64,000 nt of DNA from Octopus sinensis (Eukaryota): contig NC_043002.1 of the NCBI RefSeq assembly GCF_006345805.1, positions 23,374,001 to 23,438,000 on the forward strand, written 5' to 3'. The notes below the pieces were generated by a model. It was not told the origin of the DNA. It did not search any database and saw nothing but the letters and a program-made list of their open reading frames with translations. Position numbers and translations under genes: made by a program. Below are positions 63,719 to 64,000 of this stretch, piece by piece (position 1 is the first letter of the stretch; every line of letters begins with the position of its first letter).

Positions 63719-64000
63719 ATAATTTACAAATGATCATAAATTTAGATTTCTCTCTACACTCTGCATCAGACTTCTACTACAGTTCATCGTTGTCTTCCTT
63801 CCATCCACACCCTTTCCTCCAGCGCTTAACTCTGACCACGTTTCAACCATTTACGAACTGCCTTATTCAATGTAATTACAATAAACCTAATAACCTCTAT
63901 AAACATATATCATAAACAAACACAACCATCCTAAATATTACATTGTAGCCAGTTAGATCTTACACACACATTATCATCTCCTTGACCCTACACCTCATCT

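Overview
This is AT-rich, microsatellite-dense eukaryotic non-coding DNA. It is most likely from an octopus or related coleoid cephalopod, inferred from the repeat repertoire: tRNA-derived SINEs resembling the octopus OR/OK types, plus abundant (TA)n, (CA)n, (GATA)n and (TATG)n tracts. I could not support any host protein-coding exon, rRNA, bona fide tRNA or CRISPR array. Almost all ORFs in the track are translations of simple repeats. The window is a transposon graveyard: three SINE families (many copies, some nested or multimeric); a 5'-truncated RTE LINE with an intact 310-aa RT C-terminal ORF; four R4/Dong-like RLE LINE fragments, all on the minus strand; CR1/Jockey/L1-like remnants; a Penelope-like element with a GIY-YIG domain and an inverted partial pLTR; a full-length decayed maT (DD37D) element; a near-full-length mariner; several MITEs; and a Helitron-like non-autonomous element. 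The most interesting signals are structural. First, several minimal hammerhead-ribozyme motifs, the best inside a tRNA-headed element with a Penelope-type tail that is duplicated head-to-head (53.7-54.1 kb). Second, a ~720-bp foldback with ~350-bp arms (48.4-49.1 kb). Third, a 1.35-kb 30-bp minisatellite amplified from inside a SINE (51.9-53.3 kb). Fourth, two compact perfect hairpins and a dispersed inverted ~200-bp duplication. Coordinates of degenerate elements are approximate (tens of bp), and all family assignments were made by eye without database searches.
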